DNA from: a virus
Taxonomy: Duplodnaviria; Caudoviricetes
IMG/VR virus record: IMGVR_UViG_3300010153_004489
Coordinates: 1-42,964 of that record
Reading direction: 5' to 3' (one strand)
Length of the DNA stretch: 42,964 nucleotides
Each line of letters opens with the position of its first letter. Position 1 is the stretch's first letter. A program made the translations under genes and the position numbers. The notes below the pieces were generated by a model. That model did not search any database, was not told the DNA's origin, and saw only the letters and a program-made list of their open reading frames with translations. Below, piece by piece: positions 1 through 8,153 of the stretch.

Positions 1-2
1 TA

Positions 3-539
3 TCTGAAAAGAAAGGTAAAGATCATGACGGAGACGGAGATGTTGATGGAGATGATTATATGGCTGCTAAAGATAAAGCTATCAAAAAAGCAAAAAAGAA
101 TGAGCAGTTAAAAGAAGCAATCAAAGGTATTATTAAAAAATCTTTGAACGAAGATACTATTAATGAAGCCGCTACTCAAGAATTAGCTACTTTAGCTGAT
201 ACTTACGGTGGTTATAAAGGTATGCAAGTTGTATTAAATGATTTACAAAATATAGTTACTGATATAGAATCTTATCAAGCTAAGACTAAAGAAAAACTAC
301 AAAACGTATTTAATAAAGTAGGAGATGTAGAAAATGAAGACGGCCTTAAAGTAGGAGCATTTTTAGCACCTGCTATAGAGTCAGCATTTAATAAAGATTC
401 AAGAATGGTTGGAGGTAGTAGATTAATGAAAGGAGTAGATATACCTAAAGTAAAGTTTATGTCTAAAGATATGGAAGCTCCTCAAAACGAAGAATCTCCT
501 AAACAGACTGTATTCGCACCAGTAAAAAGATATTTTTAA
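3..539 (+). CDS. 5'-truncated head-associated / prohead core-like protein with a DxDxDG Ca-binding-like loop
   Basis: The 60..539 ORF frame is open back to the window edge (SEKKGKDHDGDGDVDGDDY-MAAKDK...), so the gene probably starts upstream of the window. It contains LKE/LNE/INE motifs and lies 1 nt before the prohead protease. Confidence 0.6.
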   Translation, partial: SEKKGKDHDGDGDVDGDDYMAAKDKAIKKAKKNEQLKEAIKGIIKKSLNEDTINEAATQELATLADTYGGYKGMQVVLNDLQNIVTDIESYQAKTKEKLQNVFNKVGDVENEDGLKVGAFLAPAIESAFNKDSRMVGGSRLMKGVDIPKVKFMSKDMEAPQNEESPKQTVFAPVKRYF

Positions 540-540
540 T

Positions 541-1119
541 ATGGCACAATTATTAGTAGACGTAACACCATTTAAACCTACCATTAGAGAAGCTAAAGGA
601 AGACCTGGAGTATTTGAAGTAGAAGGTATAATGCAAAGAGCATTAGCTGAAAACCAAAATGGTAGAATATATAAAAAGGATTTATTAGCTAGAGAAGCTA
701 AAAAGTATGTAAGTGAATTTGTTAAGAAAGGTAATGCATTCGGTGAATTAGATCATCCTGAAACTCCTGTAGTATCTCTTAAAAATGCTTCACATGTAGT
801 AAAAGACTTATGGTGGGATGGTGACGACTTAATGGGAAGAGTAGAACTATTAAATACTCCTGCTGGTAATATAGTAAAAGAAATAATTAAAGCTGGTCAC
901 ACTATTGGTATATCATCTAGAGGTACCGGATCAGTAACTCAAACTAATGAAGGACATTTAGAAGTACAACCAGATTTTGAATTAGTATGCTGGGATTTTG
1001 TATCTAATCCTTCAACTCACGGTGCTTTTATGAACCCTGTAGCTCTTAATGAAGCTAAGGTAAAAGCCTCTAAATATTCTAGTTTAGATAATATCATAAA
1101 CGATATTTTAAGAGCATAA
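541..1119 (+). CDS. gp21: T4 gp21-like prohead core protease
   Basis: Motifs NQNGRIY, GELDHP, LLNTPAG, GISSRGTGS and WDFVSNPST; directly upstream of scaffold and capsid genes. Confidence 0.93.
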   Translation: MAQLLVDVTPFKPTIREAKGRPGVFEVEGIMQRALAENQNGRIYKKDLLAREAKKYVSEFVKKGNAFGELDHPETPVVSLKNASHVVKDLWWDGDDLMGRVELLNTPAGNIVKEIIKAGHTIGISSRGTGSVTQTNEGHLEVQPDFELVCWDFVSNPSTHGAFMNPVALNEAKVKASKYSSLDNIINDILRA

Positions 1120-1139
1120 CGGTTTCCAGAAAAAGTATA

Positions 1140-1147
1140 TATTTATA
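1140..1147 (+). promoter_or_regulatory. Putative late promoter motif TATTTATA upstream of the scaffold/capsid genes
   Basis: The same octamer recurs in the major intergenic gaps of the window. Confidence 0.55.
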
Positions 1148-1239
1148 TAAAGAATATACAATCTTATATATTGTATCAAACAAATTATAATCCCTATTAC
1201 GATTCCTAATAATCGTACAATCACAACAATTTTTTTAAA

Positions 1240-2355
1240 ATGGCAAACAAAGATTTATTCAAGCAAGCTATTGCTGAAGCTAAGTCTGTAAGAGAAGCCG
1301 CTATTGCTAATGCTAAGGAAGCTTTAGAAGAGTCTTTAACTCCTCATCTAAAAGATATGTTAGCTGCTAAACTTCAAGAAATGGATGACTCCAAGAACGA
1401 AGAAGCAGAAAACGTAACCGAAGAAGAAGTTGAAGAATCTAAAGATGAAGCTATTGAAGAAGCTCCTGTAAAGGAAGAAGAATCAGTAGAAGAAACTAAA
1501 GATGACAAAAAAGCCGAAGCAATTGAGGAAGACCTAACAGAAGTAGAACCAATAGAAGCTGACGAAGACGAAGCCGAGGATGATTCAGAAGAATCTGAAG
1601 ACGAAGCTGAAGACCATGACGCTCCTGAAGGTGATGAGGATGTAAGTAACTTAACTGTTGATCAGTTTAAGGACCTTATTAGAGACATCATAGCTCAAGA
1701 AGTTGGGGACGGAGTAGAAGCACCTGCAGACATGGATGGTGGAGATATCGAAGGTATAGGCGATGAGCCTGCTATCGATGAACCAGTTGACGGTATGGAG
1801 GTCGAAGACGAAGAAGAAATTGATTTAGATGAACTATTAGCAGAATTAGAAGCTACTACTGACTTAAGTGAAGCACCTAATGAAGACGAAAAGTCGGAAG
1901 GTAAATACGATAAGGAAGTAGATGAAGTTAAAGAGGAAGCTAAAGAAGAAGTAGTTAACGAAGAGGTTAAAGAAGAAACTAATGATGAGTTATCTCAAGC
2001 ATTAGAGACTATTGAAACTCTTAAAAAAGAATTGAATGAAGTAAATATACTAAATTCAAAACTTTTATATGTTAACAAGATCTTTAAATCTAATGACCTT
2101 TCAGAAAGTCAAAAAGTTAACATTATAGCTGCTTTTGATAAAGCAGAAACTGTTAAAGAGGTTAAATTAGTTTATGAAACTGTTTCTGACAGTGTAGTTA
2201 GTAAAAAAGAAGCTAACAACACTATTAAGGAATCGAAAACTAAACTAGGCATGGCTTCTAAAGCAACAGGAACTACAGCTTCTAAACCAGAAGTAATTAA
2301 CGAAGTTTCTGATACTGTTAGAAGAATGCAAAAATTAGCCGGTATTATTAAGTAA
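1240..2355 (+). CDS. Prohead scaffolding/core protein (gp22-like role)
   Basis: Very acidic central region with helical N- and C-termini; sits between protease and major capsid gene. Confidence 0.8.
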   Translation: MANKDLFKQAIAEAKSVREAAIANAKEALEESLTPHLKDMLAAKLQEMDDSKNEEAENVTEEEVEESKDEAIEEAPVKEEESVEETKDDKKAEAIEEDLTEVEPIEADEDEAEDDSEESEDEAEDHDAPEGDEDVSNLTVDQFKDLIRDIIAQEVGDGVEAPADMDGGDIEGIGDEPAIDEPVDGMEVEDEEEIDLDELLAELEATTDLSEAPNEDEKSEGKYDKEVDEVKEEAKEEVVNEEVKEETNDELSQALETIETLKKELNEVNILNSKLLYVNKIFKSNDLSESQKVNIIAAFDKAETVKEVKLVYETVSDSVVSKKEANNTIKESKTKLGMASKATGTTASKPEVINEVSDTVRRMQKLAGIIK

Positions 2356-2391
2356 ATTTATTATTAACGAAACTTTAATTTTTTTTAAATC

Positions 2392-3980
2392 ATGGAAATT
2401 AACAACCTATTAGAGAGCTCGAACAACTACAAAAGTATGCTAGCTGACTCTCAAAAGTTAGCCAACAAATGGCAAGATTCCGGTTTGTTAGAAGGTATTG
2501 AGGATAACAGAGTCAAGAATAACATGGCTATGATCCTTGAAAACCAAGCTAAACAAATCGTTGCTGAGGCTAACGTACTGGAACTGGCGGTAGTTTTACT
2601 GCTGGTGAAGGAGAGCAGTGGGCAGGTGTAGCCTTACCTTTGGTAAGAAAAGTGTTCGCTCAAATCGTTGCTCAAGATTTCGTTTCTGTACAACCAATGA
2701 ATTTACCTTCAGGTCTAGTATTCTATTTAGATTTTAAATATGGATCAAACCTTTCAGGTAGAACAGCTGGTACTAACATGTACGGTAATGTATCTTCAGC
2801 ATCAAACAAAATGAGTGTTGATGAGGAAGTTGCTGGTGGTCTTTATGGCGCAGGTCAATTTGGATATTCAATGAAATCTGCTTCTGTCGCTTTTAAAGCT
2901 GACACAGGATCCGCTACTTCAGCATCTATCGCTTACAACGACGATCTAGTTCTTGACCAATTTAAGACAGTAACTCAGTCAGTTTCTGGCTTAAGCGCTG
3001 ACTTAAAAGGTGTAAGAGCATTTAGATTCTTCTCTGGTTCAACAGACGTTACTTCACACCCTGAATTAACTACTGTATCTGGCACAGACGTAACATTTGT
3101 TATCACAGCATCAAATGTAACATGTGCTAATGACGGTGGTATTACAGGATCTGTAATGTACTACAAACAACCAGCTGACAACTCGAGAGGTGATTTTGAA
3201 GCAAGTTCAACTACTGCAGTCGATACTTCAATCACAATCCCTAACGTAGATGTAAAATTAGCTAGTGAGGCAATTGTTGCTAAAACTAGAAAACTAAAAG
3301 CACAATGGACTCCTGAGTTCGCTCAAGATCTTAACGCATACCACAGCATTGACGCTGAGGCTGAGTTAACTTCTTTATTGAGTGAATATATTTCAATGGA
3401 AATTGATCTAGAGATCCTTGACATGCTTATTCAAGACGCAGTAACTACTGAGAGATGGTCTGTTAAATCAAACAGAGTATGGAATGGTACGGCTTGGGCT
3501 GACTTAAGTCCTATCTATTACAATACTCAAGGAGAATGGTTCCAAACATTAGGAACTAAGGTCCAAAAAGTATCTAACAAGATTCACCAAAAAACTCTTA
3601 GAGGTGGTGCGAACTTCATCGTTTGTTCTCCAAATGTTGCAACTATTCTAGAATCAATTCCAGGATATGCTGCTAATACTGATGGTGATCAACAGGACTT
3701 CAACTTTGGTGTACAAAGAGTTGGAAACCTTGCTAACAGATTCAGAGTATATAAGAATCCTTATATGACTGAAAACATCCTATTAATGGGATATAGAGGT
3801 TCACAATTCCTTGAAACTGGCGCAGTATATGCTCCATATGTACCATTGATGATGACTCCTCTTGTATACGATCCTGAAACCTTCACTCCTAGAAAAGGTT
3901 TAATGACTCGATATGCTAAGAAGATGATCAGACCAGAATTCTACGGAAAAGTATTTATCTCAGATCTTAACGATTTATAA
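2392..3980 (+). CDS. gp23: Major capsid protein, T4 gp23-like (~529 aa), split by a 1-nt frameshift near 2577
   Basis: ORF 2392 gives the gp23-like N-terminus (KWQDSGLLEG, AMILENQ). The -1 frame from 2577 reads TGTGGSFTAGEGEQWAGVALPLVRKVF and runs into the 2640 ORF (VSVQPMNLPSGLVFYLDF, AKTRKLKAQWT, YAPYVPL, PRKGLMTRY). Confidence 0.93.
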
Positions 3981-4005
3981 GATATAACTTTTAGAATTTT
4001 TTGAT

Positions 4006-4037
4006 AAAGAGAGGTCCTAACGGGCCTCTTTTTTTTT
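4006..4037 (+). terminator. Rho-independent terminator after the major capsid gene
   Basis: GAGGTCC-TAAC-GGGCCTC hairpin followed by a T9 tract. Confidence 0.88.
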
Positions 4038-4040
4038 GCC

Positions 4041-4048
4041 TATTTATA
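4041..4048 (+). promoter_or_regulatory. Putative late promoter motif TATTTATA
   Basis: Recurring octamer, right after the terminator and upstream of the 4117 gene. Confidence 0.55.
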
Positions 4049-4116
4049 AACATGGAATTCCTTTCTATTATAGAAGTCGGACAGTTATCTATGTCTAACT
4101 AAAAACCCAATTAAAT

Positions 4117-4353
4117 ATGGATTTTTTAAAGAAGATCGGCTCTTGGGCCAATCAATTAACTGAAATCGGTGTAAGTATAATTGCACTGGGAGTTGTACTA
4201 GAAGTGCTCTTTAAGGGCGCAGTCATCCCATTCTGGCCAAATGTGTCTGTGGTAGGTAATATCATGGGTATATTGGGTGGATTGAGCAATGAAGGATTAC
4301 TTGGATTAGTAGGTGCCTTCGTCTTATACCATATTCTCAAAAAGAAAGGTTAA
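4117..4353 (+). CDS. Small membrane protein (two hydrophobic segments, basic C-terminus); holin-like topology, function unknown
   Basis: IGVSIIALGVVLEVLF and LLGLVGAFVLYHIL followed by KKKG; has its own promoter motif and terminator. Confidence 0.65.
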   Translation: MDFLKKIGSWANQLTEIGVSIIALGVVLEVLFKGAVIPFWPNVSVVGNIMGILGGLSNEGLLGLVGAFVLYHILKKKG

Positions 4354-4361
4354 GAATAACT

Positions 4362-4391
4362 AAAGAGAGGCCTTCGGGCCTCTTTTTTTTT
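4362..4391 (+). terminator. Rho-independent terminator
   Basis: GAGGCC-TTCG-GGCCTC hairpin followed by a T9 tract. Confidence 0.9.
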
Positions 4392-4394
4392 AAC

Positions 4395-4402
4395 TATTTA
4401 TA
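4395..4402 (+). promoter_or_regulatory. Putative late promoter motif TATTTATA
   Basis: Recurring octamer ending 14 nt before the ATG at 4417. Confidence 0.55.
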
Positions 4403-4416
4403 ATAAAAAATATAAG

Positions 4417-4839
4417 ATGGCTAATTTAAATTACTTTATCCAAGAGAGAGTTAAATTGAACGGAAAGGAAAGAGGTACAAGCTTTAACGTAGCTTTACCA
4501 TCTGCTAGTAATGCCTCTGAAAGAGTATTAGATATAACATCAGGTTCATTTTCTGATGTAGTAGACTTCTCTGGTACTGCTGGAGCAGGTCAATTTGTTA
4601 GCAGTAGTTTAATGTATTTTAGATTTACTAACCACTCTACAGGTTCAGTAATATTACAAGTATCTTCTTCTACTGAAAACTTTAATATAGCAGTAGCTGG
4701 TTCAGGAAGCTTTATGATTAATACTACTTCATTTACTGGTAGTTTTCAAAATGTAACCTCATTCGACAATATTACTAAAATTAAAGCTACCCCAGTTGAT
4801 ACAACATCAACAGTTGAGTACTTTTTAGTATCTAAATAA
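4417..4839 (+). CDS. Putative virion structural/decoration protein (Ser/Thr-rich, beta-strand pattern)
   Basis: 140 aa with many SGS/TGS/SSS motifs; first gene of the neck operon. Confidence 0.55.
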   Translation: MANLNYFIQERVKLNGKERGTSFNVALPSASNASERVLDITSGSFSDVVDFSGTAGAGQFVSSSLMYFRFTNHSTGSVILQVSSSTENFNIAVAGSGSFMINTTSFTGSFQNVTSFDNITKIKATPVDTTSTVEYFLVSK

Positions 4840-4845
4840 TAAACT

Positions 4846-6051
4846 ATGGCTAATATAGCAATATACGATGGAAACGCAAACTTTGTAGCAGGAGAATCAA
4901 CTCCCTTTGGTTTCTACGATGATGATTTAGAGTTTCAAAAGGATGCACCTAAGGTAGCTGAGTACTGTGCTAAGAAACTAGGATTTCCTATGATGGACGT
5001 GGAGTTAAGCTCTGGTTCATTCTTTGCCGCATTCGAAGAAGCAGTTACTTCTTACGGTAATGAAGTATATCAAGCGTTAGCTGCACAACAGTTTACTAAT
5101 TTACAAGGTCAATCAAGTGCTGAAGCAATAAATACGCTTTTAATTAAACCTTCTTTAGAAAATACTATAAGAACTTCTCATCAATACGGTATGGAAGCCG
5201 GAGTTGGAGGTTTTACTACAAAATACACAGGATCTATAGCTGTAAATAAAGATCAACAGAACTATAACTTAAATGCTTGGGCATCTGACCAAGGAATAGT
5301 AGGTGGAATAGAGATAAGAAAGGTATTTTATGAAGCACCACCAGCTATACAGAGGTTTTTTGACCCATATGCGGGTACAGGTACCGGTATTCAATCATTA
5401 ATGGATGCTTTCGACTTTGGATCATTTAGTCCTGGTATTAATTTTATGTTAATGCCTATTTCTTATGATTTAGCTAAGATACGGGCTATAGAATTAAATG
5501 ATCAAGTAAGAAAATCTGCTTATTCCTTTGAAATAGTTAATAATCAACTTAAATTATTTCCTATTCCTAAAGACACAGGTAGTTTATACTTCGAATACTA
5601 TAAAAGAGAAGAAAAAAAATATGTTGATGATGGATTACATGTAACAGCATCAGCTAATGCAGGTAGTAAAGTAAGTGGAGGCGGTAGTTCTACTACAAAT
5701 AGCGGTACTATCACTAACTTATCTAACGTACCTACAGAAAATCCTATATATGGTGAAATCAACTCCACAGGTAGACAGTGGATCTTTAAATATACTGCTA
5801 CTATATGTAAAGAGATGCTTGCTTATGTAAGAGGTAAGTATCAAACAGTACCAGTACCTGGATCAGAAGCTACTTTAAACCAAGCAGACTTACTATCTGA
5901 TGTTAGAAGTGAAAAAGAATCATATATAACTGAATTAAGAGAATTATTAAGTCAAGCTTCTTTAAATAACCAGTTAGAATTACAAGCACAACAGACACAG
6001 TACTTAGGAGATGCTCTAAAAGGAGTACCAATGGGGATATACATAGGATAA
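4846..6051 (+). CDS. Neck/head-completion protein (T4 gp13-like)
   Basis: YCAKKLGFPMMDVEL, WIFKY...KEMLAYVRGKY..VPVPG...LN, and C-terminal PMGIYIG, typical of gp13-like proteins. Confidence 0.8.
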   Translation: MANIAIYDGNANFVAGESTPFGFYDDDLEFQKDAPKVAEYCAKKLGFPMMDVELSSGSFFAAFEEAVTSYGNEVYQALAAQQFTNLQGQSSAEAINTLLIKPSLENTIRTSHQYGMEAGVGGFTTKYTGSIAVNKDQQNYNLNAWASDQGIVGGIEIRKVFYEAPPAIQRFFDPYAGTGTGIQSLMDAFDFGSFSPGINFMLMPISYDLAKIRAIELNDQVRKSAYSFEIVNNQLKLFPIPKDTGSLYFEYYKREEKKYVDDGLHVTASANAGSKVSGGGSSTTNSGTITNLSNVPTENPIYGEINSTGRQWIFKYTATICKEMLAYVRGKYQTVPVPGSEATLNQADLLSDVRSEKESYITELRELLSQASLNNQLELQAQQTQYLGDALKGVPMGIYIG

Positions 6052-6353
6052 TGAAGCTATTAGATATATTAAGAGAACAAATAGAATTTAGAACATACGA
6101 AGGTATGGTACAGGTTATATATGATGGTAGCGAAAATACTAATGACTTAGCTGAACTATTAAGAGCTTTACCGGGTGTAACAACAGTAACTACAGCCTCA
6201 GGTGATGGAGATAATAGAGAAACATTAAAAGTAAAGCTAATATCACAGAAAGAATCAGCTGAAGCATTTGAAGCTTTTAAAACTAATGCATTAAGTAAGT
6301 ATGAATTTATAAGTGCTATGGAAATAGCAGATAATACTATAGAAGAGAAGTAA
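6051..6353 (+). CDS. Hypothetical protein, possibly head-packaged
   Basis: 100-aa ORF overlapping both neighbours by 1 nt; N-terminal MKLLDILREQ contains an L-x-E motif. Confidence 0.6.
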   Translation: MKLLDILREQIEFRTYEGMVQVIYDGSENTNDLAELLRALPGVTTVTTASGDGDNRETLKVKLISQKESAEAFEAFKTNALSKYEFISAMEIADNTIEEK

Positions 6354-6853
6354 TGTTATTTGGAAGTAATAGAGATTTTGAATTATTAGTAAAGGTAAAT
6401 AGGGAACTACTTAAAGATATTGTAGAACAAGAGATATTATTCTATAAACTTAATTTAGAAGAGACTGATGCTAATATATATGGAGAAGCACTTACAAAAA
6501 CCTATTTTGTACCAGCTAAACTTAATTGTTTAATAACAAGAGGAGATCAAGTAGTGAGTATTGATGACTTTACACTACCAGACTTACAAAGAGAAGCTTC
6601 ATTTGCCTTTTTAAGACCAGATTTAGCTGATATAAGTGTAGTTCCTGAGGTAGGAGATATAATTAATTGGCAAGAAGATTACTATATAGTAGATACTGTA
6701 AGAGAAAATCAATTAATGCTAGGAAGAGATAAGAGTTACAATTTAACATCATACGGAAATAAGTTTGGTTCATCTATTTCTATTATCTGCGATACTCATA
6801 TGACAAAAAGAGAAGCTACAGGTATAGATTTTGAAGGAACTGCTTATTTATAA
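6353..6853 (+). CDS. Neck/head-closure protein (T4 gp14-like)
   Basis: NIYGEALTK and PEVGDII.W...Y.V motifs; lies between gp13-like and gp15-like genes. Confidence 0.7.
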   Translation: MLFGSNRDFELLVKVNRELLKDIVEQEILFYKLNLEETDANIYGEALTKTYFVPAKLNCLITRGDQVVSIDDFTLPDLQREASFAFLRPDLADISVVPEVGDIINWQEDYYIVDTVRENQLMLGRDKSYNLTSYGNKFGSSISIICDTHMTKREATGIDFEGTAYL

Positions 6854-6868
6854 TTAATAAACTAAAGT

Positions 6869-7726
6869 ATGGCCGATATAAATATTAATCCACCTTCCCA
6901 AGAGGAGTTATCAAGAAAGACTATTAAACCTTATGGTGTAGAAAACTATAGTGGCTCAGTAGCTCCTTCGAATAACTTGAAAAAGAGAGAACTTCAACGT
7001 TCTGTTAAGAATGATGATGTCAAAAAGTTCTCTGTTGGGTTAAGAGATATTGATGAAGCTATATTTTACTATTTCAAAGAAGTAATAAAACCTTCTGTTA
7101 TGCAAAATAGTAAAAAAAAGAACGTACCTGTATTATATGGGTCTCCTGAAAGATGGGCAGCAGTTCAAAAGAACGGCTTTATAAGAGACAGGCATGGAAA
7201 AATACAACTACCTCTAATTATAGTAAAAAGAGATAGTATAGAAAAAAATAGAAGCTTAGGAAATAAGATGGATGCTAATAATCCTAATAATTTCGGAGTT
7301 TTTGAAAAGAAATATTCTAGTAAAAATAGATATGATAGGTTCTCTTTACTTAATAATAGAAATATAGTAAAGGAATACCAAGGAGTAGTCGTACCAGATT
7401 ATGTAAACTTGGTTTACTCTTGTGTTATTTTTACAGAATATATAGAGCAAATGAATAAAATAGTAGAATCTATTAATTATGCTTCTGACTCTTACTGGGG
7501 AGACCCTGAAAAGTTTAAATTTAGAGCAATGATTAATAATTATTCTACAAGTACTGAAATAGCACAAGGTAGTGATAGAACAGTAAAGACTGATTTTCAA
7601 ATAAACTTATTAGGACATATAGTACCTGATAGCTTTAATACCTTACCTCAAGGTGTTAGTAAATACTTTAGTAAGTCATCAGTCGTTTTTGGAGTAGAAA
7701 CAGTTAAAGATATAAATAATATATAA
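6869..7726 (+). CDS. Tail terminator / sheath stabiliser (T4 gp15-like)
   Basis: VPVLYGSPERW, IQLPLI, and VPDYVNLVY...QMNKIVE; follows the neck genes. Confidence 0.7.
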   Translation: MADININPPSQEELSRKTIKPYGVENYSGSVAPSNNLKKRELQRSVKNDDVKKFSVGLRDIDEAIFYYFKEVIKPSVMQNSKKKNVPVLYGSPERWAAVQKNGFIRDRHGKIQLPLIIVKRDSIEKNRSLGNKMDANNPNNFGVFEKKYSSKNRYDRFSLLNNRNIVKEYQGVVVPDYVNLVYSCVIFTEYIEQMNKIVESINYASDSYWGDPEKFKFRAMINNYSTSTEIAQGSDRTVKTDFQINLLGHIVPDSFNTLPQGVSKYFSKSSVVFGVETVKDINNI

Positions 7727-7727
7727 T

Positions 7728-8153
7728 ATGCCTAGATATTCCACAACAAGAGTAAGTTCTAGAGGCCTTAGATTTTTTGATCTAGCTGTCGATGGAGGAA
7801 AATTTATACAACAAACAATAGAAGAAGCAATGAATAGTGAACAAAAAGCTTATACAGTTTTAAATAATGCAATTACAAGCACAGCTAAGACAGTAAACGT
7901 AGTAACAGGATCAGCTTCTGTTTCTGCCTCACTAACCTGGGTATCGTCTTCACTAGCTACTGTCCCTGATGGATTTCCTACACAAAGTACAGGAGATTTC
8001 ACCATATTTATAAATGGAGTAGCTATCGAAAACGACGCAGTACATAGTGTAACAGGAAGCGGAGTAAATATATTAGTTACTTTTAGTAGTAGTCTAAATT
8101 ACGATATAGATTCTACAGATGAATATATGTTAACTGGTAAAGTAGATGCATAA
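7728..8153 (+). CDS. Putative virion structural protein
   Basis: IFINGV beta-strand motif, TGS/SAS/SSS-rich; coupled to the fibre gene. Confidence 0.55.
   Translation: MPRYSTTRVSSRGLRFFDLAVDGGKFIQQTIEEAMNSEQKAYTVLNNAITSTAKTVNVVTGSASVSASLTWVSSSLATVPDGFPTQSTGDFTIFINGVAIENDAVHSVTGSGVNILVTFSSSLNYDIDSTDEYMLTGKVDA

Noticed and set aside
1380-2000. GAA/GAC-rich low-complexity DNA as a tandem repeat
   Set aside because: It simply encodes the Glu/Asp-rich region of the scaffold protein.
2570-2600. Programmed -1 ribosomal frameshift or intron in the capsid gene
   Set aside because: No slippery heptamer, obvious stimulatory structure or intervening sequence; a sequence error is simpler.
2392-2631. 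79-aa ORF as a separate gene, and TTG 2640 as the capsid start
   Set aside because: Both are pieces of one capsid gene joined by a 1-nt shift near 2577; the last ~17 aa of the short ORF are out-of-frame read-through.
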